A stretch of DNA of 26,676 nt from a virus (taxonomy: Duplodnaviria; Caudoviricetes). Made by a program: the position numbers and the translations under genes. The notes beneath the pieces are model-generated. The model saw nothing but the letters and a program-made list of their open reading frames with translations. It ran no database searches and had not been told where the DNA came from. Where the stretch lies: the IMG/VR virus record IMGVR_UViG_3300020044_007145, positions 1 through 26,676 of that record; one strand, written 5' to 3'. Below are positions 26,391 through 26,676 of the stretch, in pieces. The first letter of the stretch is position 1. The number at the start of each line of letters is the position of its first letter.

Positions 26391-26430
26391 GAAAAGATAA
26401 AGGGGAGGACTTTTAATATCTCCTCCCCTT
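26391..26430 (-). terminator. Probable intrinsic terminator
   Basis: AAGGGGAGGA/TCCTCCCCTT 10-bp stem followed by TATCTTTTC on the minus strand. Confidence 0.7.
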
Positions 26431-26471
26431 CCATATAAACCCCCAAACGAAATGGCAGTATGTTTTGAGGG

Positions 26472-26654
26472 TTAAAGAGCTTTTGCTCTGTTATACATTT
26501 CTATTCTCTCTGATGGAGTTTGTGGATATGAACCTAATTTCTGTTGAATAAAAATATCAACCAGTCCTAATTCACTATTGGCTAAACGAGTCCATCCTGA
26601 ACTCTGTATCCTCTTTTCCACTCTCTGTAGTGGGGTTAATTTACACGAACACAC
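26472..26654 (-). CDS. Hypothetical protein (GTG start, CSCK N-terminus; may be 5'-truncated)
   Basis: The frame stays open to the window edge. Confidence 0.5.
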   Translation of the reverse strand: MCSCKLTPLQRVEKRIQSSGWTRLANSELGLVDIFIQQKLGSYPQTPSERIEMYNRAKAL

Positions 26655-26676
26655 TTTATTTAATATTTTTAATTTC

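Noticed and set aside
1-26676. Alternative genetic code or prophage/att signatures
   Set aside because: Genes are full length and tightly packed under the standard code; no integrase, tRNA or host genes are seen.

Overview
A 26.7 kb segment of a tailed dsDNA phage genome, probably a siphovirus of a Bacteroidota host (TTTG-N19-TAnnTTTG promoters, no obvious Shine-Dalgarno sites). Almost all genes are on the minus strand. In transcription order: a cluster of small promoter/terminator-bounded ORFs, terS, an orphan adenine methyltransferase, terL, a small RHH protein, a tail assembly chaperone with a T10 -1 frameshift, tail completion, fibre, tail-tip and tape measure genes, an 855-aa mosaic XkdF-like prohead protease, scaffold, major capsid, tail tube, several modular decoration proteins, portal and head-tail adaptor. 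No replication, integrase, endolysin, sigma factor, tRNA or CRISPR feature was seen. Highlights: (1) a protease polyprotein carrying many small Cys-pair modules, one also present as a free gene; (2) a shared NLKSF N-terminal motif on portal and capsid; (3) a recurrent TATTTAT(A/T) element just upstream of gene starts; (4) an anchor + P/T linker + cargo decoration system; (5) two -1 frame switches. Functional calls rest on motif recognition and synteny only; no database search was run.
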